Assembly (NCBI GenBank): GCA_963804165.1
Contig: CAWDPO010000023.1
Coordinates: 128,001 to 192,000 of the forward strand
Length of the DNA: 64,000 nt
Direction: 5' to 3'
Source: an uncultured delta proteobacterium
GTDB taxonomy: Bacteria > Desulfobacterota > Binatia > UBA9968
How positions within the stretch are numbered: the stretch's first letter is position 1; every line of letters begins with the position of its first letter. Shown one piece after another: positions 41,332 through 52,161 of the stretch. The translations under genes and the position numbers were made by a program. The notes under the pieces are model-generated. The model ran no database searches, was not told the origin of the DNA, and was given only the letters and a program-made list of their open reading frames with translations.

Positions 41332-42388
41332 TCAATTCGTTGTGTTCTTCACCGGCGCCAGAACCATGAGCTTTTTCTTTACCGTAGGCGTAATCGTCAG
41401 TATTTCCTCCACAGACCGCTCTATATCCTCGCCCGTTACTTTATCGATGACCATTTTGCTCTTTTTTGCTTCTGCTAAAAATTCAGGGTCCGCGACCGTT
41501 CTTTGCAACCCCAAGCGCAACGCTTGCAATTTATCTTTTGGGGTTTTCGGCGGAACCATCAGGGGCCGCTGAAAATCATACTGATTGGCCCAGGCTTTAA
41601 ACGCCTTCACATTTTCGTCGCCCTTAATCACCTTCGTGTATTGGGGAAGATCGTTAACCTCCGGATCTTCTACGTGGCCGTGAATTACGAAAGGAATTAA
41701 TTTGTCATCACCCTGGGCATCCAACATAGACCTCGCGGTGACTCGCATGGATTCCCACCCGGAACAAAGCGCGTTGATCTCTCGACGCTGTAGAGCAACA
41801 CGTATCGGACCGGTGCCTTTGTATCCGGAGATGACCTTAAGATGGGTTCCCATCAGCGCATCCATAAGCTTTGGCAAATCATCAGAGGAAGCGCCGGCTC
41901 GCGTTCCTCCAAACTTAAGCTTGTCCCCCGACTTAAGGACATCATCTAGGGTTTTGAGCCCAGTAAATCCCATCACCATGCATGTCGGCCATCCCTTGCC
42001 GGGCGACCCGACCCAGCCGAACTTCCGGGCGTCGAACCGGATCCCTTTTGCGCCTAACGCTTGTTGCGTCACCATGCCGCTATTGAAATTGCCTACCGTG
42101 AGCCCATCGGCCTCGGCCTTGTTGAACATGTAATTCGCCGCCAAGAGACTTCCCGCACCTTCCATGTTTTCAATCACCGCCGAGGGACTTCCCGGGAATA
42201 TGTTTACCAATATGGCGAGCGATAGCGCGGGTATAGGTATCGTAACCGCCACCAGGCGCATAGCCGACGATGAATCGAATGGTTTTACCCTTGTAGAAAT
42301 CCTCAGCTCGGCTCACAGCGGAGGACCCGCCGATGATGGTTAGACCGACAGCCAGCATGAATACCCTGTAAAAAGTTTTCTTCATCAT
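41332..42388 (-). CDS. TctC/Bug family substrate-binding protein; frameshift near 42190
   Basis: ORFs 42170-42388 and 41332-42261 join at HIPG(K/N)P. Confidence 0.88.
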
Positions 42389-42470
42389 ATGTCCCTAGAT
42401 TTTCAGTTTCGCACTGAACCGATGATCAAAACCGCTCGTATAACGATGTCAATTCGAGCCTGTTATTGTG

Positions 42471-43525
42471 CTAATTCGTTTTCTTCTGGGTTGATTTCAC
42501 TAAGAAACTCAAATTCCGCTTCACCGAGTCCGACATTGAATAAATCTGCTTGACGTATCCATCGATCTCTTCCCCTACACGGGCTCGATATCGAGCTTAG
42601 TTTTCTTTGCGTCGCCCAAAAATTCCGGATCTCTCAAAGTCGCAGCAAAGGCTTTACGCAAGGTCGCAAGCCGCTCCTTCGGCGTACCGGGCGGCAATGA
42701 AAAGGGCCGCTGAAACTCGTAGGAAGCCGCCCAGGTTTTATACGTCGCTAGATTGTCTTTGCCTTTGATGACTTCGGTAAACAGCGGCAGGTCCTTGACT
42801 TCGGGGTCTTCGAGCCTCTTGTGGGTGATAAAGGGAATCAGTTTGTCATCGCCTTTCGCGTCAAGCATGGCTCTGTTTGAAACCCGCATCGATTCCCACC
42901 CCAAGCAAGCTCCTTCAACTTCTCGCTTCTGCATCGCCACGCGAACGATGGAGGTGCCGGCGTAACCCGATATCACGTCGAATTTCGTTCCCGCCACATT
43001 GTTTAGAATAGTCGGTGCGTCGTCATAAGCGGTGCCCGCGCGCACGCCGCCCATTCGAATGGGACGTTTCGAATGGAGAACATCATTCCAGTTCTTGAAT
43101 CCGGTATAACCCATAATCGCGCACGTCGGGTGAGCCTTTACTCGGCGCACCTATCCAGCCGAATTTTCGTCCGTCAAATCTGGGACTCCTATCACCTAGG
43201 GCTTGACGAATAATCTGTCCGCTGATCCAAACACCGATCGCTAACCCGTCCCGCTCAGCTTTGTTATATGTGTAGTTGGCCGCAATCAGCGAACCAGCCC
43301 CGTCCATATTCTCCACGACCATCGATGGGTTTCCCGGTATATGTTTGCCAAGATGCCGCCCGATCGCGCGGGTGTAGGTATCGTATCCTCCCCCGGCAGG
43401 CGCGCCGACGATAAAGCGGATCGTTTTGCCTTTGTAGAAATCATCCGCCTTCCGCTCGGAAAGGGACAAAGAAACGCGAACACGATCGAGATTGTCGTCG
43501 TAATTTTTCCGATTTTGCGTTTCAT
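42471..43525 (-). CDS. TctC/Bug family substrate-binding protein; three frameshifts
   Basis: Pieces 43286-43537, 43083-43541 and 42575-43150 plus tail GEEIDGYVKQIY..KKTN*. Confidence 0.85.
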
Positions 43526-43595
43526 TTCTTCCTCCATTCATACGGTTTAGGAGTCACCTGTTTTTAGTCATGCTATTTTCATCGTGCTTTTTGTC

Positions 43596-44624
43596 TTAAC
43601 GAAGACCGAAGATCTTCTGATATAGCTTTATGGTCTCAGAGAAGTTCTTGTAATCCTCCGGGTGCTCAACGATGCGTTTGTAGCCTTTGAAAAGCCGAGG
43701 CGGATCGGGTTCTATGTCCTCCCTGACGGGCACACGCCGAAATCCCACGAGCATTTTCTGTCCCTCCCTAGACAGAAGAAAATCGATAAACAGCTTTCCT
43801 GCATTCGGATGCGGCGCTTTGGCCGCGAGCATCAACGGGTTGACCTGCACCGGCACCGGTTCCAGCGGGACCCAATCCATCGGATGTCCCAACGAGGTTT
43901 CCCTCTGGATTGTCGGCGCGTAGGCGATGATGAGCGGGTATTCTCCCGCCATCGCCAGCTGCACGCGGTTGGTATTTCCTCTCATCACTACGGGTTCTTG
44001 CGCAGCGAGCTTCTTAAAATAGCTGACCGCCTTTTCCTTACCCCACTCCCGAATGAGTCCGGCAAGGAGCCCATAGGCTGAGTCGTCGATAGAAATCTTT
44101 TTTCCTTTCCATTTGGGATCAAGGAGCTGTTCATAGGTTTTAGGCACTTCGTCTTTCTTGACCAGGTTGGTGTTGTAGCCGAGAACAAACGGGTTCACGT
44201 AGTAGGCGGTCCAGTATCCTTCATCATCAACCATGTCCCGCTCGATGAATTTGCTCTCGGGAGAACGGTACGGCGCCAGCAGCTTGGATTCCGAGAGAGT
44301 CAGCACCATATCGCCGCGCCCCGAGACCACATCCCAAGCGTACAAGCCACCGCGGGCTTCGATCTTGATTCGATTTAGCAGTTCGTCCGCTCCGCTGCGG
44401 AATAGATCCACTTTGAGGAACGGATATTTCGCTTGAAACTTATCGCCGACCTTTTTACTCTGGCTCAACGTCATGGTGGTGTAATAGGACACCGTGCCTT
44501 CGGACTTTGCCGCCTCGACTAGTTTTGGATTCGATCCCGCTTGCGAGGAAGAAATAAGCGATGGGCAATACGTAAACACGCTTGCCGACCAAAGGATCAA
44601 AATCAGTTTGGCTGCTCGGTGCAT
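43596..44624 (-). CDS. ABC transporter solute-binding protein (AfuA/Fe3+-type family)
   Basis: AAKSEGTVSYYT, YNTNLV..PKTY..LLDPKWKG, APHPNAGKLFIDFLLS.EGQ. Confidence 0.85.
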   Translation of the reverse strand: MHRAAKLILILWSASVFTYCPSLISSSQAGSNPKLVEAAKSEGTVSYYTTMTLSQSKKVGDKFQAKYPFLKVDLFRSGADELLNRIKIEARGGLYAWDVVSGRGDMVLTLSESKLLAPYRSPESKFIERDMVDDEGYWTAYYVNPFVLGYNTNLVKKDEVPKTYEQLLDPKWKGKKISIDDSAYGLLAGLIREWGKEKAVSYFKKLAAQEPVVMRGNTNRVQLAMAGEYPLIIAYAPTIQRETSLGHPMDWVPLEPVPVQVNPLMLAAKAPHPNAGKLFIDFLLSREGQKMLVGFRRVPVREDIEPDPPRLFKGYKRIVEHPEDYKNFSETIKLYQKIFGLR

Positions 44625-44669
44625 GTCATTCTCCCTTCGTTCCGTCCGCGCTAGCCGCAAACGGTGACG

Positions 44670-45707
44670 TCAATTCCGGCTCATGTGTGTGTGGCCGTAG
44701 AGCTTGTCGATAAAACCTCTTCGCTTAAGGTTGTTAACGAACCGTAAATCGACAAAATCTTCGGCTTTCGCCTTCGCGGCTTTTGGATCCCAACTCGCTT
44801 GCACCGCCAGAGTATCGTTCAAGCCTTCCAACGTCGGCTTCGTGTCCTCCTGCAGCAGTTCCTTGTAGGCGACCCAAGAACCTTCAAGCACGCTCGGTTT
44901 CGCGCCGCGGGTATACTTCGTCATGATCTGGATCGTTTCTTTTTTGTTATTTTTAAAGAAGTGAACCGCCTCGGCCACAGCCTTGGCCATCGCCTCAACA
45001 ACTTTGGGTTGCTCTTGGATTAATTTTCCTGAAGCCACCGTGCAGGTGAACTGAAACGGGATCTTGAGCTTCGCCATGTCGATAATCAGCTTCATTCCGG
45101 CCTTCTCGCCTTGAATTTTTCCCGGTTCCGTAACCATCGTGAAGTCAGTCTGCCCATTGATCACAGCGGCGACGCGGGCCGGCGAACCGCCCACCATGAC
45201 CGCTTGGATATCTTTGTAGTCGATGCCGTATTTGCGTAGCGCAAGGCGCACAGCGAAGTCGGCCGAGGTGCCGGGAATATGGGTGGCTAGGGCTCGTCCT
45301 TTGAGGTCTTCAGGCGATTTGATATCTGGTTTGCCGATAATGTAGTAGGGCAGCGTGTTGACGAGGCTGTCGAAGATTAGGAGATCACCGCCCGCCAATT
45401 TTCCGTTGATCGCTGAAGTGCCGACGGCGCCCGCAAAATCTATGTCACCGGCGACCAAACTTTGGATGCCGCGCGTGCTGCCGTTTATGAAGACGAGTTC
45501 GACATCCAATCCGTACTTCTTGAATAGGCCGGCATCCTTGGCGATCCAGTACGGAGCGGACGAGCCTGGCGAGTCGGAAATATAGGCCATGCGTGCTTCT
45601 TCGTTTGCCTTTGCTCGGGTGGGGAGAAAGATCGAGAACATTACAAAATACAAAACAAGCCTAAGGAGAATCGTTAATATTTTTTGGGCGGTTTCTTGGT
45701 TCATCAT
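44670..45707 (-). CDS. ABC transporter substrate-binding protein (NMT1/SsuA/TauA family)
   Basis: WIAKDAGLFKKYGLDVELV, IKSPEDLKG, DFVDLRF. Confidence 0.85.
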   Translation of the reverse strand: MMNQETAQKILTILLRLVLYFVMFSIFLPTRAKANEEARMAYISDSPGSSAPYWIAKDAGLFKKYGLDVELVFINGSTRGIQSLVAGDIDFAGAVGTSAINGKLAGGDLLIFDSLVNTLPYYIIGKPDIKSPEDLKGRALATHIPGTSADFAVRLALRKYGIDYKDIQAVMVGGSPARVAAVINGQTDFTMVTEPGKIQGEKAGMKLIIDMAKLKIPFQFTCTVASGKLIQEQPKVVEAMAKAVAEAVHFFKNNKKETIQIMTKYTRGAKPSVLEGSWVAYKELLQEDTKPTLEGLNDTLAVQASWDPKAAKAKAEDFVDLRFVNNLKRRGFIDKLYGHTHMSRN

Positions 45708-45752
45708 GGTCGCCTCCTTTAGCTTTTTGCCGTCAGAATGCAGCAGCGCTCT

Positions 45753-46130
45753 TCATCCGCTCTCTGAAGACGTTAAATAATTGTTCAACTCGGTGGTCGT
45801 GAGTATTCGCGATCTCGGTATAGCCCGGAGTACGGCCTCTACTTGAGCTGTCATTTCTTTGTCCTGCGTTCGATCCATGAGAATGATGATCTCCAACGAC
45901 GGTTGTATGTCCATGAGATTCAAAGCCGTCTCCGCAAAGTCCATTTCCCGTCCTGTAGACATGAGTACAGCAGCACCGAAATAATTGTGTTTGGCATGCG
46001 CTACGGCTGCTGCTCCCGTGCTCCTCTTGACTATGTAGCAGTCGGCATGAGCAAGCTGCTCTTCAATATCGGTGGAGGCATCCGATCCAACCAACAAAAT
46101 CTTTTTCGGTTCCTGCCTCAGTTCCGGCAT
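45753..46130 (-). CDS. Small degenerate receiver-like protein
   Basis: KKILLVG.D...G..AV...AVLM...P..EIIIL beta/alpha pattern without the phospho-Asp. Confidence 0.4.
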   Translation of the reverse strand: MPELRQEPKKILLVGSDASTDIEEQLAHADCYIVKRSTGAAAVAHAKHNYFGAAVLMSTGREMDFAETALNLMDIQPSLEIIILMDRTQDKEMTAQVEAVLRAIPRSRILTTTELNNYLTSSESG

Positions 46131-46185
46131 ACAGCGTTCCTCTATGTTGGATTCTCGATCAAGGCAGAATCTCTCCCGGCTGTGC

Positions 46186-46617
46186 TCAAACATCGCGCTG
46201 CCTTGCTTCGAAAAAAATAGAGGAAGATGTTTTGTCCTGCCAGGAAACAGCTGGTTTTAGACGTCGGTTTGCTGCGCTGCGAAGTTGAACGATTTTTGCT
46301 GACCATCCTTGCGTCTTCCGATTCTCTCTCCATTTCAGTAACGCGCGTCTGAAAAGCGCTGCATCGAATCCAAAGACCTCGCAAATGTGGAGAAAAGAAA
46401 ACAAACCATCGGAATCCTGAGACCAAAACCATGTCTCTGTTTCCCGAAACAGCACTTTGCCCCGCGTGGACGTGGAGACCACGAACTTCTGATACGTTTG
46501 TACCGCATCCACCAAAACGGCGAGCATGAGTTTGCGCTCCGACTCCCCGGGTTTGATCTGTCGGTAAACTTTGAAATAGTTGTGATTAGCCAGAACATCT
46601 ATCTCTACAAGAATCAT
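46186..46617 (-). CDS. Conserved hypothetical protein (ERKLMLAVL.DAV..YQK..W..FSF..ICE family)
   Basis: GGGGAG RBS; directly downstream of a sigma-54 promoter. Confidence 0.6.
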   Translation of the reverse strand: MILVEIDVLANHNYFKVYRQIKPGESERKLMLAVLVDAVQTYQKFVVSTSTRGKVLFRETETWFWSQDSDGLFSFLHICEVFGFDAALFRRALLKWRENRKTQGWSAKIVQLRSAANRRLKPAVSWQDKTSSSIFFEARQRDV

Positions 46618-46640
46618 TTCGCTCCCCGCTGCTCGTTCAC

Positions 46641-46656
46641 AGCAAGAGCAGGGCCA
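46641..46656 (-). promoter_or_regulatory. sigma-54 promoter
   Basis: TGGCCCTGCTCTTGCT; upstream palindrome TGTGCCAACAATGCACA at 46731-46747. Confidence 0.65.
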
Positions 46657-46883
46657 GCGTAAAACTAGTTGCAAAGACGCGGGGTGACGGCTCTATCTTT
46701 GGGGACAGAGCGGTAAGGAGTGACTGGGAATGTGCCAACAATGCACACTCAAAAATGATTCAAACGAGTTACTGTGAAGAATTTAGCCAAGCACATGGCT
46801 CATCGTCTTTGGGTCGAAGGAATAACAGGCTCGTGCGCGGATTACCGTGCGGATTGTCTGCACGAGTAGAGCAGTTCCGATTT

Positions 46884-48242
46884 TTATAGGAGTTGGAATC
46901 TTTTGAGTTTGTTGTACAGAGTACGGCGACTAATCTTAAGCAGTGAAGCGGCTTTTACCTTATTCCCACTTACCGAGGAAAGAGCCATTTTAATATATTC
47001 CTTCTCTACTTCGTCGAGACTCATTCCAAGCTGAATCGGGTAGTACTCTCTCGGTCTCGTCGCTCCAGAGCCATCGATCTCACGTATCCGCTCGGGGAGA
47101 AGATCAGGGGTCAACTCTGCTCCCTTGGCCAATAAAACGGCCCGTTGGACCACATTTTTCAACTCACGAATATTTCCAGGCCAAGGGTAAGCCCGTATTA
47201 AACCGTACGTCTCGCTCGATACAATCCGAATATCCTTTTTGTACAATTCGGCGAACAGCGCTACGAAATGATCTGTGAGTAGCGAGAGAGCACCGACGCG
47301 TTCACGAAGCGGCGGGAGTTGTATTCGAAAGACATCGAGCCGGTAAAACAGATCTTCGCGAAAGAGTCCCTTCTGAACCGCTTCTTCTATGTTCTCATTT
47401 GTCGCGGCGATTACGCGGACATCCACGTGAATATCCCGTTCGCCGCCAACGCGGCGAACGGTTTTCATTTCTAATACTCGGAGCAGACTCACCTGGGTTT
47501 TCTCGTCCATCGTGGTAATTTCGTCGAGAAAAATGGTTCCGCGTTGCGCCTGCTCGAACAATCCTGAGCGTCTTTCAAAAGCGCCTGTATATGCCCCTTT
47601 CTCATGACCAAAGAGCTCACTAGCGACAAGCTCACGAGCAATCGCGCCCATATTCACCGGCAAGAAAGGAGACTGTTTCCGTCCACTCCGTTTGTGAATA
47701 GCTGCCGCGACCAAATCCTTTCCTGTCCCTGTTTCACCACTAATCAACACAGGGATATCTTCGGCGGCAGCTTCCATGATGTATTGGATCACGGTTCGCA
47801 TTTTCAATGTGAACGCCAATATTCCCTCAAACTCAACTGGCACAATTAATTCTGTATTCTCAGGTAAACTATTGGACTCGAGCGCTTTAGGCCGGGCTGT
47901 ATTTTTAACCATCGCCAGAAGGTGATCGTCGTCGACCGGCTTTTGAAGCCACTCGCATCGAAGACCTCGGGCGTTCAGAATAGCAGGCTTCTTTCGATCG
48001 GAAAGAACAATCGCTCTGCTGGCCGGCTGGGTTTTAAGAAGGTGCTTTATGATGTCGACGGCACTGGTACTCCTTGGTGGAGCAGATACAGTATCCCATA
48101 CAATCAAATCGTACGACGTCTGGTGCTCGGCCATTGCGGCCTCAAGGTTCGCGGCCGATTTGACGGCAAAATCAGCACCCAGATGAGGTTCGACGAGCGC
48201 TCGAACCGTCTGTTCTGCCTCAACGATAAGAACTCTACGCAT
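46884..48242 (-). CDS. sigma-54-dependent activator (REC-AAA+-Fis HTH)
   Basis: GETGTGKD, SELFGHEKGAYTGA, FLDEI, FREDLFYRL, WPGNIREL, ISRRTLYNKL. Confidence 0.93.
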   Translation of the reverse strand: MRRVLIVEAEQTVRALVEPHLGADFAVKSAANLEAAMAEHQTSYDLIVWDTVSAPPRSTSAVDIIKHLLKTQPASRAIVLSDRKKPAILNARGLRCEWLQKPVDDDHLLAMVKNTARPKALESNSLPENTELIVPVEFEGILAFTLKMRTVIQYIMEAAAEDIPVLISGETGTGKDLVAAAIHKRSGRKQSPFLPVNMGAIARELVASELFGHEKGAYTGAFERRSGLFEQAQRGTIFLDEITTMDEKTQVSLLRVLEMKTVRRVGGERDIHVDVRVIAATNENIEEAVQKGLFREDLFYRLDVFRIQLPPLRERVGALSLLTDHFVALFAELYKKDIRIVSSETYGLIRAYPWPGNIRELKNVVQRAVLLAKGAELTPDLLPERIREIDGSGATRPREYYPIQLGMSLDEVEKEYIKMALSSVSGNKVKAASLLKISRRTLYNKLKRFQLL

Positions 48243-48832
48243 ATAAAACTTAGACGCCCGACAAGCTCTCCGCTACCTACTCTAGCCGCTGCTTATTACC
48301 GAGATCAATAGAACGCCTTTAACGCTTCCCGGCGATTGGGATGCCATCGATCGGAGGCTATTTCAAGACAAATCACTGCGGCGTCAGATCACCGCCATCG
48401 AATCGACCCCAACGAGGTAAAATGCGCTGCATCATCGGGAGCAAAGGAGCGATCAGCCCGCTAAAAACAATGGACGAGCTATTACACTGCTCATGCCATT
48501 ACAAACCGGCGTCACACTGCCTCGAACTTCTCGGTCACTCAAGACATCCGTATTCCCTGTAAAGAAACTGCACATCCAATACGCTTTCCAAAGGTCTGGA
48601 CGATTGGTTTCATTGAATGTTGTCTGAGCACATAGCTACTCCTGCTGCCCTTGGGCTTTCTTTAATGAATCTCGGGTATAAAGGAAAAGGTACACGGCAT
48701 GTCTCTTTTCCGCACTCCCAGGCGAATTGACACAACTGGATGTGTACGATCCGCACACTCGTATTGGAGCTGCGGTTCGCACTGAATTCGAAGTTGTTGG
48801 AATGCGTTGACCTTCTACAGAAATTCCCAGAT

Positions 48833-48848
48833 TGGCACCACGGTTGCA
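48833..48848 (+). promoter_or_regulatory. sigma-54 promoter
   Basis: Near-consensus TGGCACCACGGTTGCA; upstream palindrome TGTGTACGATCCGCACA at 48741-48757. Confidence 0.7.
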
Positions 48849-48899
48849 AATTCAGGGTGGGTATTAGGAAGCTTAGCTACGTCTTTGATCCATTCGTCA

Positions 48900-49220
48900 A
48901 TGCCAGGAACGCTACGCGGCGAGGAGTTTTGGGGCGTCGGAATGCCAAGGGTTAACGTCGTTTACCCTTCCACCCTGGCGTTCTTTCTGACCGGTTTACG
49001 AAATCGCTGTGGGGCGCGCGCTGGTGGGCGTGCTCGTTGGCGAGTTCTATGCGGCCACGGCGGGTCAGTTTTTATGACCACAGTCGCCGGCGCGACTTTC
49101 GATAAGGTTTTCGTCGGTATATCGTTAATTGATCTTTTGCCATCTCCGGGATCATTCTTACCGATGTTCTCGATCGAACACCGGTTCGACAAATGGCGCC
49201 CCAAAGTGGGATCACACGTA
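48900..49220 (+). pseudogene. 3' remnant of an SsuC/TauC-type ABC permease
   Basis: Across frames: PSTLAFFLTGLR / IAVGRALVGVLVGEFYAATAG / VAGATFDKVFVG / IEHRFDKWRPKVG. Confidence 0.65.
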
Positions 49221-50170
49221 GAGCCACCTTTACTACCACGAGAATGTCATTCCGCGTCTTCATACTGAAGGTGCCGAAAAGGTACGCGAGGGGTTGGAAG
49301 TGGATATTATTCATAATTGGCTCGTTTCGTTCCGCATCGCGGGTTTTGAGAATAACGCTTCCGTTGTCGCAATGGTTCGTGCGCAGACGTGTTTTTAGGG
49401 AAAGATTGATATGAAAAATGTGAGTACGCGGTCTTTGGGTTTGTTTATCAAAATGAATATTTAGAGCGAGTTTCTAATTCGAATCGAAATCCTCATATAT
49501 TCTGCTTGATCAACGAGACTGAAATTATCGACGCCTGGATCCGACATCCACGTTAAGCAACCGCGATGCAAAGTTCGTTTTCGTCAATGCCGAGTTTGAT
49601 AGTGCTGCTGCTATTCTGGAGCGGGTGGACCTTTACATCCAACGAAGGAAACATCGACGTGGCTACACTAGGAATTACGCGTGAGCAGGCTAAGGCGATC
49701 AAAACCACATACCAAGAGATCCGCGATCGCATTCTAAGCGAAGAGCCCCGAATAACTAAAGTAAATCTGATTATCGAACCGTTGGACGAGTGGCGATCGG
49801 CGCTTGGGCGGCCAAGAATCTCGGTATTCTACGGCTGGCTAAAAGTAGTCTTCACTTTGAACTGCCGGCGCAGCACTTGTTTTACGGCCAAAGCGCGCGA
49901 CGCGCGTATACGAAGATTCTAGCTGAATTGATCCAATCGATAACCAACATGCGAGATGAATCCAAAGTGACCGGATTCGCCCGTTATACGCCGCCGCCAA
50001 ATAGCCCATATCCGGGCAGAGAGAATTTTTGCAGTCCTTCCAAAAGCGTAGCGACTGTCGGCTTACGGATTAAGACTTATCGGCGTTGTAGTCGTACCTT
50101 GAACCGTGCGAAACAAGGGAGCACGTATCATATTCGTCGAGGAATTTTGCAAACGGAGTAGTGAACCCAG

Positions 50171-51910
50171 ATGACCGTGAATGTTGATCCAGCAACAGAG
50201 GCTGCAGCGGAACCGACTAGGTTTCCGTGGAACGAGTATCGCCTCCTTTTTTACTCGGCCCTGATCGGTGTTGCAGGTGGCTTGGGGGCGCAGCTTTTTG
50301 TCTGGATTTTGAATTTCACCGAACGTCTGCTTCTAGGGGGCATCGCCGGCTACCACCCACCTGAAGCGGGAAGTCTGAACCCTTAGTCCATTATCGGCAT
50401 TTGGGGCTTGTGGCTGATTCCCCTAGTAACAACCTTGGGCGGACTTCTCTCCGGGATATTGGTTTACACCTTTGCCCCAGAGGCAGAGGGTCATGGCACT
50501 GACGCCGCAGTGGAAGCGTTTCACTTCAAAGGTGGCAGAGTCAGACCGATTGTCCCTCTGATAAAAGTGTTTGCGTCTGCCGTCAACATCGGCTCTGGCG
50601 GAGCGGCCGGACGCGAAGGGCCAGCCGCGCAAATCAGTGTCGGAGTCGGTTCCATGCTCGCGGACTTATTGCGATTGCCAGACGAGGAACGGCGGGTTTT
50701 AGTTCTGGCTGGAATGGCCGCAGGACTAGCCGCCATCTTTCGATCCCCTTTAGGAATGGCGATCTTTTCGGTGGAAATTCTCTATTCGGGAATGGCCTTT
50801 GAAACCGAAGCCCTTATTTATACGGTCGTCGCCTCGGTCGTGGCATATGCGGTGAATGGGTTGTTTGTCGGATGGTCACCGATTTTTCTCTTTCCTGAAA
50901 CTGTTCATTTTACTCAGCCCATTGCGCTCGTGGGCTACGCTATACTCGGAGTCGTGGCAGGCGTTGTCGGTGCCATCGAACCGCCGATCTTTTACGGAAT
51001 CAGGGATCTGTTTCGAGTCTTAAGAATTCCCAATCATGTAAAGCCGGCCATTGGCGGGCTCTTGATGGGGTTGCTCGCCCTCGTCGTCCCCGAAACAATC
51101 TCTACCGGATACGGCTGGGTTCAGAAAGCAATGACCGGGGATTACATCGGTTGGTCGCTGATCTTTCTTGCACTCGCAAAAATATTGGCCATGTCTTTGA
51201 CGATCTCTTCCGGCGGCTCGGGCGGAGTATTCGGTCCCAATGTTTATATCGGCGGTATGGTAGGTGCGTGGGTTGCTTTTGTCGCAGACCGTTTCATCCC
51301 GGGTGCCGGTTTTAACACCGCCGCCTTCGCGGTCGTCGGCATGGCCGCAGTATTCGCCGGCACGGCTCGCGTTCCGATCGCCACGTTGATCATGGTCGCG
51401 GAGATGACTGGCGGCTATGGACTGATCGTTCCATCGATGCTCGCGACGACGATAGCATTTGTCGTAGAACGAACCGTATCGTCAGGTTTCAAATATCCTC
51501 GCCTATACGAGGCGCAGGTCGAGCTAAGATCCGATTCACCGACGCACCTGGAAAGTATGCTCAGGGCAACTTTCGCTGTGCTTGAACGTGGCCCTCTTGT
51601 GGATCTGCGCAATATCACTTTGCCGCATTTGGCCTCTCTGCTTCGCCACGGAACGCCAATACCCATTCACGGAGGCCAGGGCAACTTACTGACCGTAAAT
51701 TTGCCAAAAAATTCACAGCTGGCTGGCCGAAGTATAGCAGAGGTTTTCGAACGATTTCCTGCGCTACTCGCTGTGGCGATTATTCGCGACCAGCAGATCC
51801 AGCTCCCACGCGGTTCCACCAAACTCGAAGGCGAAGATCAATTGCTGATAGCAGCAAGCGAAACGACAAGTGCCGAAGCTTTCAAGAAAGCGGTAGCCAG
51901 CATAGCGTAG
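50171..51910 (+). CDS. ClC chloride channel/antiporter with C-terminal TrkA-C (RCK_C) domain; in-frame TAG at 50384-50386
   Basis: GHGTD, GGAAGREGP, GGSGGVFGP; ORFs 50171-50386 and 50408-51910 are in the same frame. Confidence 0.88.
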
Positions 51911-52161
51911 GGTCGAATAGCGACATGCTGTCGTTATCCTTCCCTTTTGGGTCTGACTACAAATGTTCCTGATTTTCATTCTTCGTTCTCTATTATAGCC
52001 CGGCACTGTCAACCATTCAGCGAGCCTCGTCGTGCACGATAATAAGACCGGATTGGTCTAATCAGCGCACAGCTCGATACCACAGTCATATCAAACGGCT
52101 CGCTACGCACGAGATCCCTAGTTGAATCTGAGAATCGCCTGAAGTGGAACGTCGCGACCGG

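Noticed and set aside
49566-50161. Two overlapping plus-strand ORFs, possibly one frameshifted exported protein
   Set aside because: No family motif recognised; left uncalled.
50384-50420. Pyrrolysine or genetic-code reassignment
   Set aside because: TAG serves as a normal stop for several genes here (e.g. 37824, 51910, 63847) and no pyl genes are in the window.
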